Of a stretch of 64,000 nt of DNA, positions 20,326 to 31,053 are shown in pieces. How positions within the stretch are numbered: the first letter of the stretch is position 1; each line of letters opens with the position of its first letter. The notes under the pieces were generated by a model. It worked only from the letters and a program-made list of their open reading frames with translations. It was not told the origin of the DNA and searched no databases. Origin of the DNA: Methanothrix sp. (GTDB lineage: Archaea > Halobacteriota > Methanosarcinia > Methanotrichales > Methanotrichaceae); assembly GCA_963682135.1 (NCBI GenBank), contig OY821645.1:1856001-1920000 (forward strand), in the 5' to 3' direction. Position numbers and translations under genes: made by a program.

Positions 20326-21435
20326 TTAATAAATTTCTTCCAAATCTTCAATATGGGCGAAGGCATCGTCAAGCTGTTTTCGGGCTCTGCACCTTTTTTC
20401 CTTCTCATCTTGCATGCCTCGCGCCGCCTGGGCATAGATTGATTCCAGCTCAGGAGCACCGGCTACTGTGAAGACGGATAGCACCTTGGGATTTCCCTTC
20501 TTTACCACAATTCCCTTGAATACGTGGCCCGCGCTGGCGGTGAGCCTCTCGACCTCTTTGGTGATCTCATCCACGTCCAAATGCTCTTTGGATCCCTGAA
20601 TGATAATCATAGCTCTGGCGGCGTCGTCCGCAACGTTGGCGGGAAAAAGCAGATTTGCCGGCTTGAGGCTGTTCTCAATGGCGTCCCGAATGGACTGATT
20701 CTTGCTATCGGCTTGATAGAATCCCATAGTGCCGATGCGAAGCCCCCCATTCATCACCGTCTTGAAGTCGCCAAGATCGGTTACAGAGAGCATCTCGGAA
20801 TCCAGAGACTCGATCAAAAATAATAGACGTTTGGCGACCATATCGTTGATCTTGTCATAGGCAGAGGCAATATCACCGCTAAACCGCTTCATATACTGAT
20901 TGTCGGCCAGGATGATGCCCTCCGCATCAACCTCCATCAACTCCCTCATGCAGAAGGCGGCATTTTGCAGGTAGATGGACCCCTCTTCTCGGGCCGGAAG
21001 AATCGCAACTGTGACAACGGTGATATCTCGATATTGTCTCTTCAATTCGTTTATAAGCAGAGGTGTGAAAGATGAGCCGGTCCCCCCGGATGTGGATGTT
21101 ATCACAAAGGCAATATCGAAGTCGCCCCTCTTCTCGATCTCACCCATGATCACATCCCGATTATCCATAAAAGCCTGCTTGCCCACATTTCTATTGGCGC
21201 CCACGCCGTGCAGGTTGGGGACATGCAGTCGATCTTTTGCAGTGGTGAAACGCAGCTCCTTGAGATCATTTATGGCCGTATTTATGGCTAAAGTCTCCAC
21301 TCGACTGGGGAACTTGGGACACAAATAGTACTTGGCGAGTTTCGCGGCTGCGCCACCCCCAAACGCTTCTTTATTTATTGCGTCCAGTATCCGATTACCA
21401 CATTGTCCTACGCCGAGCATCAGTACGTTGAGCAT
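20326..21435 (-). CDS. Tubulin/FtsZ-superfamily GTPase, CetZ-like
   Basis: GVGQCGNRI, AINTAINDL, GVGAN and SGGTGS; no FtsZ-type C-terminal tail. Confidence 0.85.
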   Translation of the reverse strand: MLNVLMLGVGQCGNRILDAINKEAFGGGAAAKLAKYYLCPKFPSRVETLAINTAINDLKELRFTTAKDRLHVPNLHGVGANRNVGKQAFMDNRDVIMGEIEKRGDFDIAFVITSTSGGTGSSFTPLLINELKRQYRDITVVTVAILPAREEGSIYLQNAAFCMRELMEVDAEGIILADNQYMKRFSGDIASAYDKINDMVAKRLLFLIESLDSEMLSVTDLGDFKTVMNGGLRIGTMGFYQADSKNQSIRDAIENSLKPANLLFPANVADDAARAMIIIQGSKEHLDVDEITKEVERLTASAGHVFKGIVVKKGNPKVLSVFTVAGAPELESIYAQAARGMQDEKEKRCRARKQLDDAFAHIEDLEEIY

Positions 21436-21480
21436 GATATCAAGTCTCGCTGTATAGGCCTTTTAGTATATATCTTTTTC

Positions 21481-22677
21481 TTAATATTTATACACTCTGT
21501 ATCGTCGATATATCCAAGCAATGATGATCGCAATTGGGATAATAAGTAGTAGATATTGATATTTATACTCTCGGTCCTGGACAACTACTTGAGCGCTTGC
21601 ATCTCGGATTACGGATCCGTCTCCTCCGTCATAATTGACCTTGATGCCTATGGTGTAGTTGCCTGGGCTTTGGCCCAAGAGCCTGGCCGAGTAATTCCCA
21701 TCTTTACCCGGCGCCATCTCAAAGAAACTCTTCTCCAGTCCCGTAACCTGCAGGCCAACGGAAGGCATTACCGTCCCATCCACTTCTATTCTTGTCGCGG
21801 ATGCCGTTCCGGAATTGGTGATGCTGATGTTCAGCATGCTTTCTCCATCCAGAGGTATTGTCGTCAAGCTGGCAAGACTAATGACCAGATCTGCCTTGCT
21901 CCGGGGACTTATGAGAATGTTAAATGGCTCCGAGCTATTTGATTTTGCATTCTTCTTGGCATCGGTATAGCTGACTGTCATGGCCGGGACACGAATAGAG
22001 CCTTCTTTTACAGCGTCTATCACATAAACCGCCGAATCTGACTCCCCTGGGTCCAAAGTCTCTTTGATCTTGGGGGGATAGCCGGCGATATAAGAGAATT
22101 CAGGGTGGGGCGGTATATCTTCTGCTTTTATGCCCTGAGCCTGTCCCGTGCCTGTATTCTTGACAGTGATGGTGACTTTGACTTCATCGCCTACACTCAT
22201 TTGATTTTTGTCGAAGCTCTTTTGCACGGAAAGCTCAGGTTTATCCAATGCCGCCGCAGGCCTTTCTGAGGCATGCTTTCTGGGTGTTCCCAGACCCTTT
22301 TGATACTCGATCCTCACTCGGGCGGACTGCTCGTCGAAAATATCAGATACAGTAACAGTAATACCCCTATCATCAGCGCCGCCATCGAAATTATTGGAGC
22401 TGTCCAGCAGGAGGGCTCTTTGCTCATCAAGCGCGCCGCCCACCCTGGAGGCTCGAATCACCACCAGTCCATCTCTTACCGACTGTATTTCGATGAGCTC
22501 TATCCGATAGTCGCCCAGATCAATGCGATCCCCAATATTGAGTGTAAAATCCTTGAAGGTTACCTCATCACTGTTATCGGTGGATTCTTCGGCATAGGTT
22601 GATGCAATCAAGAGAATAGAGAACAGCAGATATACTGAACATGGCAGATAGATCAGACGCCGCATCTTGGGAAACAC
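21481..22677 (-). CDS. Secreted, C-terminally anchored DUF11/BatD-like surface protein
   Basis: Signal peptide, VGDEVKVTITVKNTG Ig-like domains, C-terminal TM with basic tail. Confidence 0.75.
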   Translation of the reverse strand: MFPKMRRLIYLPCSVYLLFSILLIASTYAEESTDNSDEVTFKDFTLNIGDRIDLGDYRIELIEIQSVRDGLVVIRASRVGGALDEQRALLLDSSNNFDGGADDRGITVTVSDIFDEQSARVRIEYQKGLGTPRKHASERPAAALDKPELSVQKSFDKNQMSVGDEVKVTITVKNTGTGQAQGIKAEDIPPHPEFSYIAGYPPKIKETLDPGESDSAVYVIDAVKEGSIRVPAMTVSYTDAKKNAKSNSSEPFNILISPRSKADLVISLASLTTIPLDGESMLNISITNSGTASATRIEVDGTVMPSVGLQVTGLEKSFFEMAPGKDGNYSARLLGQSPGNYTIGIKVNYDGGDGSVIRDASAQVVVQDREYKYQYLLLIIPIAIIIAWIYRRYRVYKY

Positions 22678-22732
22678 CTTTCCATATGCATTTTCTATAT
22701 GGATTATATCCTTTTTCGATTTGAATTTTGCT

Positions 22733-23572
22733 CTAATTTGAATTTTGCTCTATCTCGGCTCGCATCTCCATACTCAAGTCGATCCACCTCGCGTTTCTGG
22801 TAAGAGCACCCAGAGATATCACGTCCACTCCACTGGCGGCATATTCCTGGATATTGTCAAGAGTTATGCCTCCAGATGCCTCCAGAAGCAGGCGGTCTCT
22901 AAGGCCCATCTCCTCCAGTTGCTCTACCCCCCGAGCAATCTCCTCAGGAGCCATATTATCGAACATGATGATATCGGCGCCGCACTCTGCAGCTTTGATC
23001 ATGTCGCCGTGATTCTCGATCTCTACTTCGATCTTCTTGGTAAAGCTGGCGCGCTCCTTGGCGGCGCGCAGGCATTCTTCCAGTCCCAGAATCGCTATGT
23101 GGTTGTCCTTGATGAGCACGGCATCAGAGAGATTGAATCTATGCGTATCGCCACCGCCTAAAAAGACGGCCTTCTTCTCGAATACTCGAAAGCCGGGGGT
23201 GGTTTTGCGAGTCGCAGCAATGCGCACCCTTCCGCCGGCCAGAAGAACGCACTCTCGAGTTAATGTGGAGATGCCGCTCATGCGCGCCATAAAGTTCAGG
23301 GCGAGTCGCTCTGATTGCAGGATGGCGCGGGCACTTCCGCGAACCGATATAACCTGGGCCCCTGCGGGCACGAACTCGCCGTCGTCGTAAAGAGGTGTGG
23401 TCGTCAGGCGGAAATAAGCAAAGATTTCCCTAGCTTCTGCCAGGCCGCTGATTATGCAATCTTCATTGGCGATGACCACGGCCTGCGCCTCGATATCTGG
23501 AATGAGGCTGCTGGATTCGTCCCACTCGCCCAGGTCCTCGCCCACAAATCTCTCCAGCTCTGAGGTTAGCAT
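22733..23572 (-). CDS. nadC: Quinolinate phosphoribosyltransferase
   Basis: ATRKTTPG, HR..LSDAVLIKDNH, EVE, IMFDN and EASGGI; start at MLTSEL avoids overlap with nadX. Confidence 0.95.
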   Translation of the reverse strand: MLTSELERFVGEDLGEWDESSSLIPDIEAQAVVIANEDCIISGLAEAREIFAYFRLTTTPLYDDGEFVPAGAQVISVRGSARAILQSERLALNFMARMSGISTLTRECVLLAGGRVRIAATRKTTPGFRVFEKKAVFLGGGDTHRFNLSDAVLIKDNHIAILGLEECLRAAKERASFTKKIEVEIENHGDMIKAAECGADIIMFDNMAPEEIARGVEQLEEMGLRDRLLLEASGGITLDNIQEYAASGVDVISLGALTRNARWIDLSMEMRAEIEQNSN

Positions 23573-23612
23573 ACCGCAAAGATTTTGATGTCCAATTGAT
23601 TTATAGCCTCCG

Positions 23613-24425
23613 ATGCCTCTCAAGATCGGGCTTGTTGGGTGCGGCGCAATCGGGGCCGAGATTGCAAAAGCAGTAGATTCCAGTACGTTAGACGCGAATT
23701 TGGTCGCGGTATGCGATCATAATCCGGAAACAGCATTGGCACTGATCGATAGCTTGCAGCATAAGCCGGTCAAGGTTAAATTAGAGGAGCTGGTGAGCCT
23801 CTCAGATGTGGTCGTGGAAGCCGCCAGCCAAAAGGCCGTCCCAGCCATTGCCAGAGCTGCGCTGGTGGCGGGAAAAAAGCTGATGATCATGAGCGTAGGG
23901 GCTCTCGCGGACAGGGATTTCTTCGCCGAGGTGAAGGCTCTGGCCAAAGAGCACGGCTCGCGAGTTTATCTTCCCTCTGGGGCGATATCGGGCCTGGATG
24001 GCATTAAGTCTGCCCGCATCGGCACCATTCGCAGCGTGACTCTCACCACCACCAAAAATCCCAACGGGCTCCGGGGCGCACCCTACATTCGGGAAAATGA
24101 GATCGACCTGGATGCACTCACCGGGCCGACAAAGATCTTTGAGGGAAACGCGCTGCAGGCTGTGAAGGCTTTTCCGGCCAACGTCAATGTGGCGGCTACA
24201 CTCTTCCTGGCATCCGGGGAGGGCGAGGTACGTGTGAAAGTGGTGGCGGACCCCGGCATCCATGTTAACCGGCATGAGATAGTGGTGGAGGGCGACTTCG
24301 GGCGGATCACGACTCTGGTAGAGAATGTTCCATCGCCCCGAAATCCCAGGACCAGCTATCTGGCGGCGCTCTCAGCCATTGCCACATTGAGGGCCATTGT
24401 GGAGCCGGTGAAGATAGGAACTTAA
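23613..24425 (+). CDS. nadX: L-aspartate dehydrogenase
   Basis: GCGAIG, VEAAS, SVGAL, PSGAISGLD, FPANVNVAA and NPRTS; divergent from nadC. Confidence 0.95.
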   Translation: MPLKIGLVGCGAIGAEIAKAVDSSTLDANLVAVCDHNPETALALIDSLQHKPVKVKLEELVSLSDVVVEAASQKAVPAIARAALVAGKKLMIMSVGALADRDFFAEVKALAKEHGSRVYLPSGAISGLDGIKSARIGTIRSVTLTTTKNPNGLRGAPYIRENEIDLDALTGPTKIFEGNALQAVKAFPANVNVAATLFLASGEGEVRVKVVADPGIHVNRHEIVVEGDFGRITTLVENVPSPRNPRTSYLAALSAIATLRAIVEPVKIGT

Positions 24426-24524
24426 TCTCCTTGCTTGTTTCGACTGCGGTACATCAAAGCTCACATATTCCGGCTTGGTCCCGTAATATTTTTAGGGCGT
24501 CCTCATAGAGGAAAGCAGATGAAA

Positions 24525-24857
24525 TTAAATCACGCGAATATTTATTATCTTTTTTAGAACTTCATCGATTTTACCCGGATTTATGTGGCCTGCTTTATAT
24601 AGGATTATCTTGCAGTCAGCAGTAAATATTCGATTTGGCCTTATATTGCTTATTTTCCGAAGTGATCCTTCTTCGAAGTCGGATTCATTCATAGGAATTG
24701 CATATCTATCCCAGAATTGCTGACTCGTTATCTGACAGAGGATTCTATCATCTCCGCCGAGTTCTGCCAGCACGAGTGCAGGACGCCTTTTTGCTTCTGT
24801 TAAATCTGAGAATGGAAAGGGCACAATGACCACATCTCCGTTCACAAATTTTTCCAA
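24525..24857 (-). CDS. PemK/MazF-family toxin
   Basis: GDVVIVPFPFSD..AKRRPALVL...CQITS. Confidence 0.9.
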   Translation of the reverse strand: MEKFVNGDVVIVPFPFSDLTEAKRRPALVLAELGGDDRILCQITSQQFWDRYAIPMNESDFEEGSLRKISNIRPNRIFTADCKIILYKAGHINPGKIDEVLKKIINIRVI

Positions 24858-25036
24858 GCTTCATCCTCCTCTGGGCTTAGCCAATCCTTTGCAAGCACGG
24901 ATTCGCTCAATATCGCCGTCCCCATTTTTTCTCTTGATGCTTTCCCTTTCAATAAATGAATAAAATCGAGTATTTCTTCGAGATAAGTCTCAGGGAAAAC
25001 CTCAATCTCTCTGTAAATTAATTCCTTTGTCTCCAT
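24842..25036 (-). CDS. DUF2281-like antitoxin
   Basis: EEILDFIHLLK...SESVLAKDWLSPEEDEAWKNL; overlaps the toxin start. Confidence 0.8.
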   Translation of the reverse strand: METKELIYREIEVFPETYLEEILDFIHLLKGKASREKMGTAILSESVLAKDWLSPEEDEAWKNL

Positions 25037-25084
25037 ATCAATAATACTTTTAACGAAGAGGGGTAAAATACTTTTTGTAGCTGG

Positions 25085-25192
25085 AATATTCCATCGCATC
25101 TCTGCCGCCGCTCCGAGATTGCTTTTGGACAAATTAATGCTTGAGGTCGGCGATCATAGCTTCGCGCGAGACCCGTGTTCACGCGAAGGCGC
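25085..25192. repeat. Copy A of a ~110-bp imperfect direct repeat with a CTTCGCG...CGCGAAG hairpin
   Basis: Aligns by eye with 25873-25982 (AATATTCCATC...CTCTGCCGC.GCTCCGAGATTGCTTT.GGACAAATT..TGCTTGAGG...TCACGCGAAG). Confidence 0.9.
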
Positions 25193-25289
25193 AATAGAAA
25201 TGACAAAACAGAGCGATATTATTCAGGCGCTAAACTTGTGCGCCTGGACCTTTCTGAAGGTTAGGCATACATTCTCTTTGCGTACCATC

Positions 25290-25754
25290 CTATATCATCC
25301 CGAGCCGTTCTTTTATGGCTCTGATATCTGACTGTACCTGTCTAAGAGTCATTCCGTATCCTGGTTGGATGTCTTCTCTCATGCCTTTGATCTCTTCAAT
25401 GGTGTTCTTTGTATTATCTCTGATTTCTAGAAGGACCGGGATTGCCTTGTTCAACTGGATTGCTGAGCAAATTTGAGCATAGCTCTCAGTCTTCATAATA
25501 TCGCCTTTATAATCCTCAAAAGCAATGCTCGATACCTGGGAATGTTCAGGCTTTCGGGTCTCTACCAGCTTCTTAAAATCTGCTATTGTCTCTTCATCGC
25601 CTTCGACTAGGACTACGACCTCCGGCTCCTTCTCGCCCCTCCTATTGCGGGCATGAAAACCTTTAAGGCCCAGGTCTATAGCATTACTCATTAGGAAGTA
25701 TCTGTAGCCTACATCATGCACTTTGGGACCGATAATTTTGATTTTTAGCTTCAT
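25290..25754 (-). CDS. Acylphosphatase-family protein with a C-terminal coiled-coil extension
   Basis: MKLKIKIIGPKVHDVGYR...GFHARN...VVVLVEG. Confidence 0.85.
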   Translation of the reverse strand: MKLKIKIIGPKVHDVGYRYFLMSNAIDLGLKGFHARNRRGEKEPEVVVLVEGDEETIADFKKLVETRKPEHSQVSSIAFEDYKGDIMKTESYAQICSAIQLNKAIPVLLEIRDNTKNTIEEIKGMREDIQPGYGMTLRQVQSDIRAIKERLGMI

Positions 25755-25872
25755 AGTCACCCTTGATATGTATCGGCAGGCTATTTGATTGTTTCGTGGT
25801 GGAGGCGGCCAGCTAGAAGGCCGTCCCTGCCATTTCCAGTTCCGCCAGCACAAGTACAGGACGCCTTTTTGC

Positions 25873-25982
25873 AATATTCCATCCACCTCTGCCGCTGCTC
25901 CGAGATTGCTTTCGGACAAATTCGTGCTTGAGGTTTGGCGATCATGGCTTCGCACGAGACCCAAGGTATCACGCGAAGCCGC
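25873..25982. repeat. Copy B of the ~110-bp imperfect direct repeat
   Basis: See copy A; hairpin GGCTTCGC...GCGAAGCC. Confidence 0.9.
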
Positions 25983-28900
25983 GAAGTCCCGATGAATAGG
26001 AATGTTTTTGACCAACTCATATTATTATCTTCTTAGAGAAGACCAACTGCCATGGGAGATAAGCGATGAGTGATGTTATCAAGTCGTATCTGGCTGAAAT
26101 TGATAGAGAATTCAAGACGGGAAGGGCGACGGAACATACTCATCGTCCGGCTTTAAAGAATCTGATCGAATCTCTGGTCCCAGGAGTCAGGGCCACCAAT
26201 GAGCCGAAAAGAGTAGAATGCGGCGCACCGGATTTCATCCTGCGTCGGGATGGCCTTTCCATCGGCTATGTGGAGACCAAAGACCTTGGCAAGTCTCTGG
26301 ATGAGGCTGAGGATTCCGGCCAATTGCAGCGTTACAAAAAGTCTCTGCCCAACTTGATCCTGACCGACTACCTGGAATTTCGCTGGTTTGTGGACGGGCA
26401 GCTTCGAGACAGCGCCCGGCTGGGCAGGATTGGAAAGGGAAACAAGATCCTGCCGGATAAGAATGGAATTGAGGAGACGGTGCAGCTTCTCAAGCTCTTT
26501 CTGGAAAGCCGGCCCCAGCCCATCACCACGCCCAAAGATCTCTCGGAGAGGGCGGCAAAGCTGGCTCACATTATCCGGGATACGATTGTAGAAGCCTTTG
26601 AAAAAGAGAGAGCGTCACAAGACCTCAAAGATCTGCGTGATGCCTTCGCGGAGGTGCTCATTCCTGATTTAAACAAGCCGGAGAAGGTGGCCGAGTTCGC
26701 AGACATGTATGCTCAGACCATAGTCTACGGGCTTTTTGCGGCGCGGGTCAATCACAAGGGACCCGGTCCCTTCCAGCGGCTGGGTGCCTCCCGTGAGATT
26801 CCCAAGACCAATCCGTTTCTGAAAAAGCTCTTCGACAGCATCACCGGCTCCAGTCTGGATGAGGAGCCTTATGTTGATTTTGTGGACGATCTGGTGCAGA
26901 TCCTGGCCAACACGGATATGGAGAAGGTGCTGGAGAACTTCGGCAAACGCACCAAGCAGGAAGACCCGATTGTGCATTTCTACGAGACATTCCTGGCGGC
27001 CTACGATCCCAAGACGCGGGAGAAGCGGGGCGTTTACTACACTCCGGAGCCTGTGGTGCAGTACATCGTCAAGTCGGTGGACCACATCCTGAAGACGCGC
27101 TTCGGCCTGGAGGGCGGGCTGGCCCACACCGCAGACATCGTCGAGTACGACCGGGAGGAGGCATTCCTGGATGAGCAGGGCAGGCCGGACAGAAGCAAGC
27201 TCCTCAAGGTCGTGGCGGAGGAGCGGCCCAAGGTGCTGATACTCGATCCCGCCTGCGGAACCGGGACATTTCTCTATGCCGTGATGGACCATATCCGGGA
27301 CGAGTTCATGAAGCGAGGGGACGCCGGGCTCTGGTCTGCTTACGTGCGGGATCACCTGCTGCCTCGCCTGTTCGGCTTTGAGCTGCTCATGGCGCCTTAC
27401 GCCGTGGCCCATTTTAAGCTGGGCATGCAGCTTGCGGGCTACGATCTGCCCAAAGAGCAGCAAAAGCAATGGCAGTACGATTTTAAGGGTGACGAGCGGC
27501 TGGGGATTTACCTCACCAACACTCTGGACGAGGCTCCTAGCGAGTGGCAGAAGCTCTTTGGCGCTTACCGCATCCTTAGCGAAGAAGCGAACGCGGCTTC
27601 TAGGGTGAAACGAGATCTGCCGATAATGGTAGTACTGGGAAATCCGCCATACTCGGGACATTCTGCTAATAGTAGCTGGGAAACGGTGGGGAAGAAAAAG
27701 AAGCTGAACTTCATCGGCCAATTGCTGCAGGATTACTATTTCTTAGATGGGAAGCCATTGGGTGAAAAAAATCCAAAATGGCTACAGGATGATTATGTGA
27801 AATTCATCCGCTGGGGACAATGGAGAATCGAACACACTGGCTCAGGAGTTCTCGCCCTAATTACCAATCATGGTTATCTGGACAATCCGACCTTCAGAGG
27901 AATGCGTCAGCATTTAATGAGTACATTCAATGAAATTTATATTTTAGACTTGCATGGAAACTCAAAGAAAAGAGAATGTTCTCCCGATGGCTCCCAAGAT
28001 AAAAATGTGTTTGATATAATGCCAGGAGTATCTATCGGTATTTTTATAAAACTCAAAAATAAGAAAGATACTGCTAAAATGTATCATGCAGAATTATGGG
28101 GATTGCGAGAACACAAATATGAAGTGCTATCCAAACAGGACGTTCAAAATACAACATGGAATATTTTATCACCCGATTCGCCATTTTACCTCTTTGTTCC
28201 TAGAGATAAGGGTGTTTCGTCCGAATTTCTATCAGAAATTAAACTAACTGAAATTTTTCAGACAAATGTCTTAGGATTCCAAACGCATCGTGATCATTTT
28301 TCGGTTGACTTTGAAAAAGATAATATTCATAAAAAAATGAGAGACTTCTGCAACGCATCAATAAGTGATGATGTGTTACGTGAACAATATGATTTAAAAG
28401 ATAATCGAGATTGGAAGTTGCATAATGCACGTGGTAAATTGCAGATTTGCAGTAATTGGGAACAACACATTATTAACTGCCTTTATCGCCCCTTCGATTG
28501 GCGTCCTTGTTTTTTCAACGAAATTATCATGGACTTTCCGAGAAGAGAACTATTAGACAATGTATTGTGGCATAATAATATTTGCTTATTATCTTCAAGG
28601 CAACAGGCTGTAGCGGGTTATAGACATTGTTGGGTTTCTGATGTACCTGCAAACGATTGCGTTATCTCCACGACAAGTAGAGAGGCAAATCAAGTGTTTC
28701 CACTATATGTTTATCCTGATTCCAAAAATCAGAGCAGATTCTTGGAAAAGGCTTATTCGTTGCCCGGACCCAATGGCCGCATCCCCAACCTCAATCCTGA
28801 TTTCGTCTCCGCCTTCGCCTCCCGCCTCGGTCTCAAGTTCGTCTCCGACGGCCACGGCGACCTGGTGGCCACCTTCGGCCCGGAGGACATCTTCGACTAC

Positions 28901-29191
28901 ATCTACGCCGTCTTCCACTCGCCCACCTACCGGCAGCGTTACGCCGAATTTCTGAAGATCGACTTCCCCCGCGTCCCGCTGACATCAAACCTGGAACTTT
29001 TCCGCAAGCTCTGCATTCTGGGCGAGGAACTGGTAGCGCTGCATCTGTTGGAGTCGCCTCAGCTTACTCAGCTCCTCACCCGCTATCCCGTGGCAGGAGA
29101 CAATATCGTGGAGAAAGGCTTTCCCAAATTCGTCGTCTACGACGAAGGTAAACCAGGCTATGTTTACATCAACAAGACGCAATACTTCGAG

Positions 29192-30839
29192 CCTGACCTC
29201 CCCATTTTTTAGGCACACATATGAATGGCATCCAGAATTTGACGCTGTTTCTTAGTGATCTCGGTCGTGATTCTTTCTCCATCCGGCAAGACCATGATCT
29301 TGATTTTTTCGAGTTCAGTGAACAATCCCTCAACCGAGTATCTTTTATTCAGCTCGGCATCGATCATCATTCGCATGAGCTTCATCCTCAAGATCAGAGC
29401 AAGGAATGAAATGAATAGGTAGCCCCTTAGACTACTGTTGGTCCTCAGGTTCGCGGGCATCAAATCGATGTCGTTCTTCAGAACATCGAATCCCTTTTCA
29501 ACGATATCCTTGCTTCTATAAAGCGCAAGACATTCCACCCACGTGAACTCGCCTCGATAAAGCAAGATAAACTTTCCCATTTTATTAATAGCCTGGGAGA
29601 CCGCATTTTTTCTAAGTGATACCTGAAACTTACCGTCTATTGCTTTCCATTCTATAAACTTGGCATCTCTTTTCGCAGTCGCCCTGAAAACTTCTCCAGG
29701 ATTCATCCAGGGTTTCAGGTTCTTGGACTTGAGCACTTCCATCAAATCGTAGAGTCGCTTATAAAACGTATTTCTTTCCTGCTGCTCTCTTTTCTGATCG
29801 TAATATGCATATCCGTTCAGCTTGTTTTCACCAACATCGATCTCTACAGGCATCACAAACAGCGGCTCTTTTTCATAGAGTTTTAGATGCTCTGGATCGT
29901 CAATGCTTTTGTGGATAGCAGATATCGCTTCTTTGACGTTCTTGAGATTACTCGTTGGCGGAATAATGAACGACAGATCTGCAGATATCATCTCCTCGAT
30001 ATTGTCGGTTGAAAAGAAGCCTCTATCCATGATCAGAGTATAATTTCTGACGCCCTGTGCATTCATTTTCTTGATAGTATTCTTAAGCGTAGATACATCT
30101 GCGATGCTTCCTGGGTAGAGATCATACATCAACGGTATGCCCAGATCTTTGTCCACGACTAGAGACAGATTGATTTGAGGCAGGTCGAGGCCATCTCGAT
30201 TATAGCCGTATTCAAGGAGGCTGATGCTCTGAGAGTAAGACGAAAAGGAGGTTATATCGTAGACTAGCGTGCTGGCTGTGGATACTTGCTCAATGAGTTT
30301 GCGAGAGAATTCCAGATTCACAGTACCTTCACCGATACTGCTTAGCATTCGTGAAAGGCTCTGTGATGATAAGGGAAGATTCGGATGGTCTTCAGACATG
30401 ACCGTACCTTCATACCAGCTCTGGATATGGGTTAGTGCTCGGGGGTGTGTGGCATAGTTCATTGCCAGTGTCAAAATCGGCCGGACTTCTTTACCAGGAA
30501 GAACATCAGAGAGGATCTTTTCTAGCTTAAGGTCCTCTGTGATCTTCTTGAGTGGAACGAATTCGCCATGCGATAGCACTTTCTTGGGGATTTGGTCTTT
30601 GGCGCGAACCTTCACGGGAACTCCATTGACATTCTTTCCCAAGTATTTGCTTTTCTGCCGAATTTGCTTCTTTTCCTTATCGTAATAAGGTGTAATTTCA
30701 TATATGTATTCCAGGCCATTTATCTTTTTGGTTCGAATAAAAGATTTCATGTTGTATTTAGGCACAGCATACTATTTATAGTTTTTGGTCATCGATGGCG
30801 AAAATTGATCAGATATGCCTAAATTTCGGGGAGCTTAGG
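29192..30839 (-). mobile_element. IS1634-family insertion sequence, 1648 bp
   Basis: Terminal IRs CCTGACCTCCCC and CCTAAGCTCCCC (10/12 match); 6-bp TSD TTCGAG at 29186-29191 and 30840-30845. Confidence 0.93.
29209..30765 (-). CDS. IS1634-family DDE transposase
   Basis: YDITS, YGYNRD..DLPQIN, MDRGF and YRSKDIVEKGF. Confidence 0.93.
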   Translation of the reverse strand: MPKYNMKSFIRTKKINGLEYIYEITPYYDKEKKQIRQKSKYLGKNVNGVPVKVRAKDQIPKKVLSHGEFVPLKKITEDLKLEKILSDVLPGKEVRPILTLAMNYATHPRALTHIQSWYEGTVMSEDHPNLPLSSQSLSRMLSSIGEGTVNLEFSRKLIEQVSTASTLVYDITSFSSYSQSISLLEYGYNRDGLDLPQINLSLVVDKDLGIPLMYDLYPGSIADVSTLKNTIKKMNAQGVRNYTLIMDRGFFSTDNIEEMISADLSFIIPPTSNLKNVKEAISAIHKSIDDPEHLKLYEKEPLFVMPVEIDVGENKLNGYAYYDQKREQQERNTFYKRLYDLMEVLKSKNLKPWMNPGEVFRATAKRDAKFIEWKAIDGKFQVSLRKNAVSQAINKMGKFILLYRGEFTWVECLALYRSKDIVEKGFDVLKNDIDLMPANLRTNSSLRGYLFISFLALILRMKLMRMMIDAELNKRYSVEGLFTELEKIKIMVLPDGERITTEITKKQRQILDAIHMCA

Positions 30840-31053
30840 TTCGAGGGCGTTCCCAAGGAGGTCTGGGAGTTTCATGTGGGTGGCTACCAGGTCTGCGAGA
30901 AGTGGCTCAAGGACCGCCGGGGCAGGCAGCTCTCCTTTGACGATCTCATGCACTACCAGAAGGTGATTGTAGCCCTGGCAGAGACCCGGCGGCTGATGGA
31001 GGAGATCGATAAGGCCATACCGGGCTGGCCGATAAAATGAGAACGGATTTTTT

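Larger units (their letters stand above)
26066..31040 (+). pseudogene. Type IIG/ISP-like restriction-modification enzyme (N-terminal nuclease, N6-adenine MTase, TRD) interrupted by IS1634
   Basis: PDF...GYVETK nuclease, YYTP, LDPACGTG and GNPPY. Removing the IS and one TSD joins ...KTQYFE to GVPKEVWEFHVGGYQVCEKWLKDR..., giving 1106 aa. Confidence 0.9.

Noticed and set aside
25755-26015. Long N-terminal extensions of the acylphosphatase (and of the antitoxin, 25037-25132)
   Set aside because: They are translations through the duplicated non-coding element; family homology starts downstream.
30795-30845. Independent 81-aa gene starting in the IS end
   Set aside because: It is the severed RM C-terminus fused to IS-derived codons.
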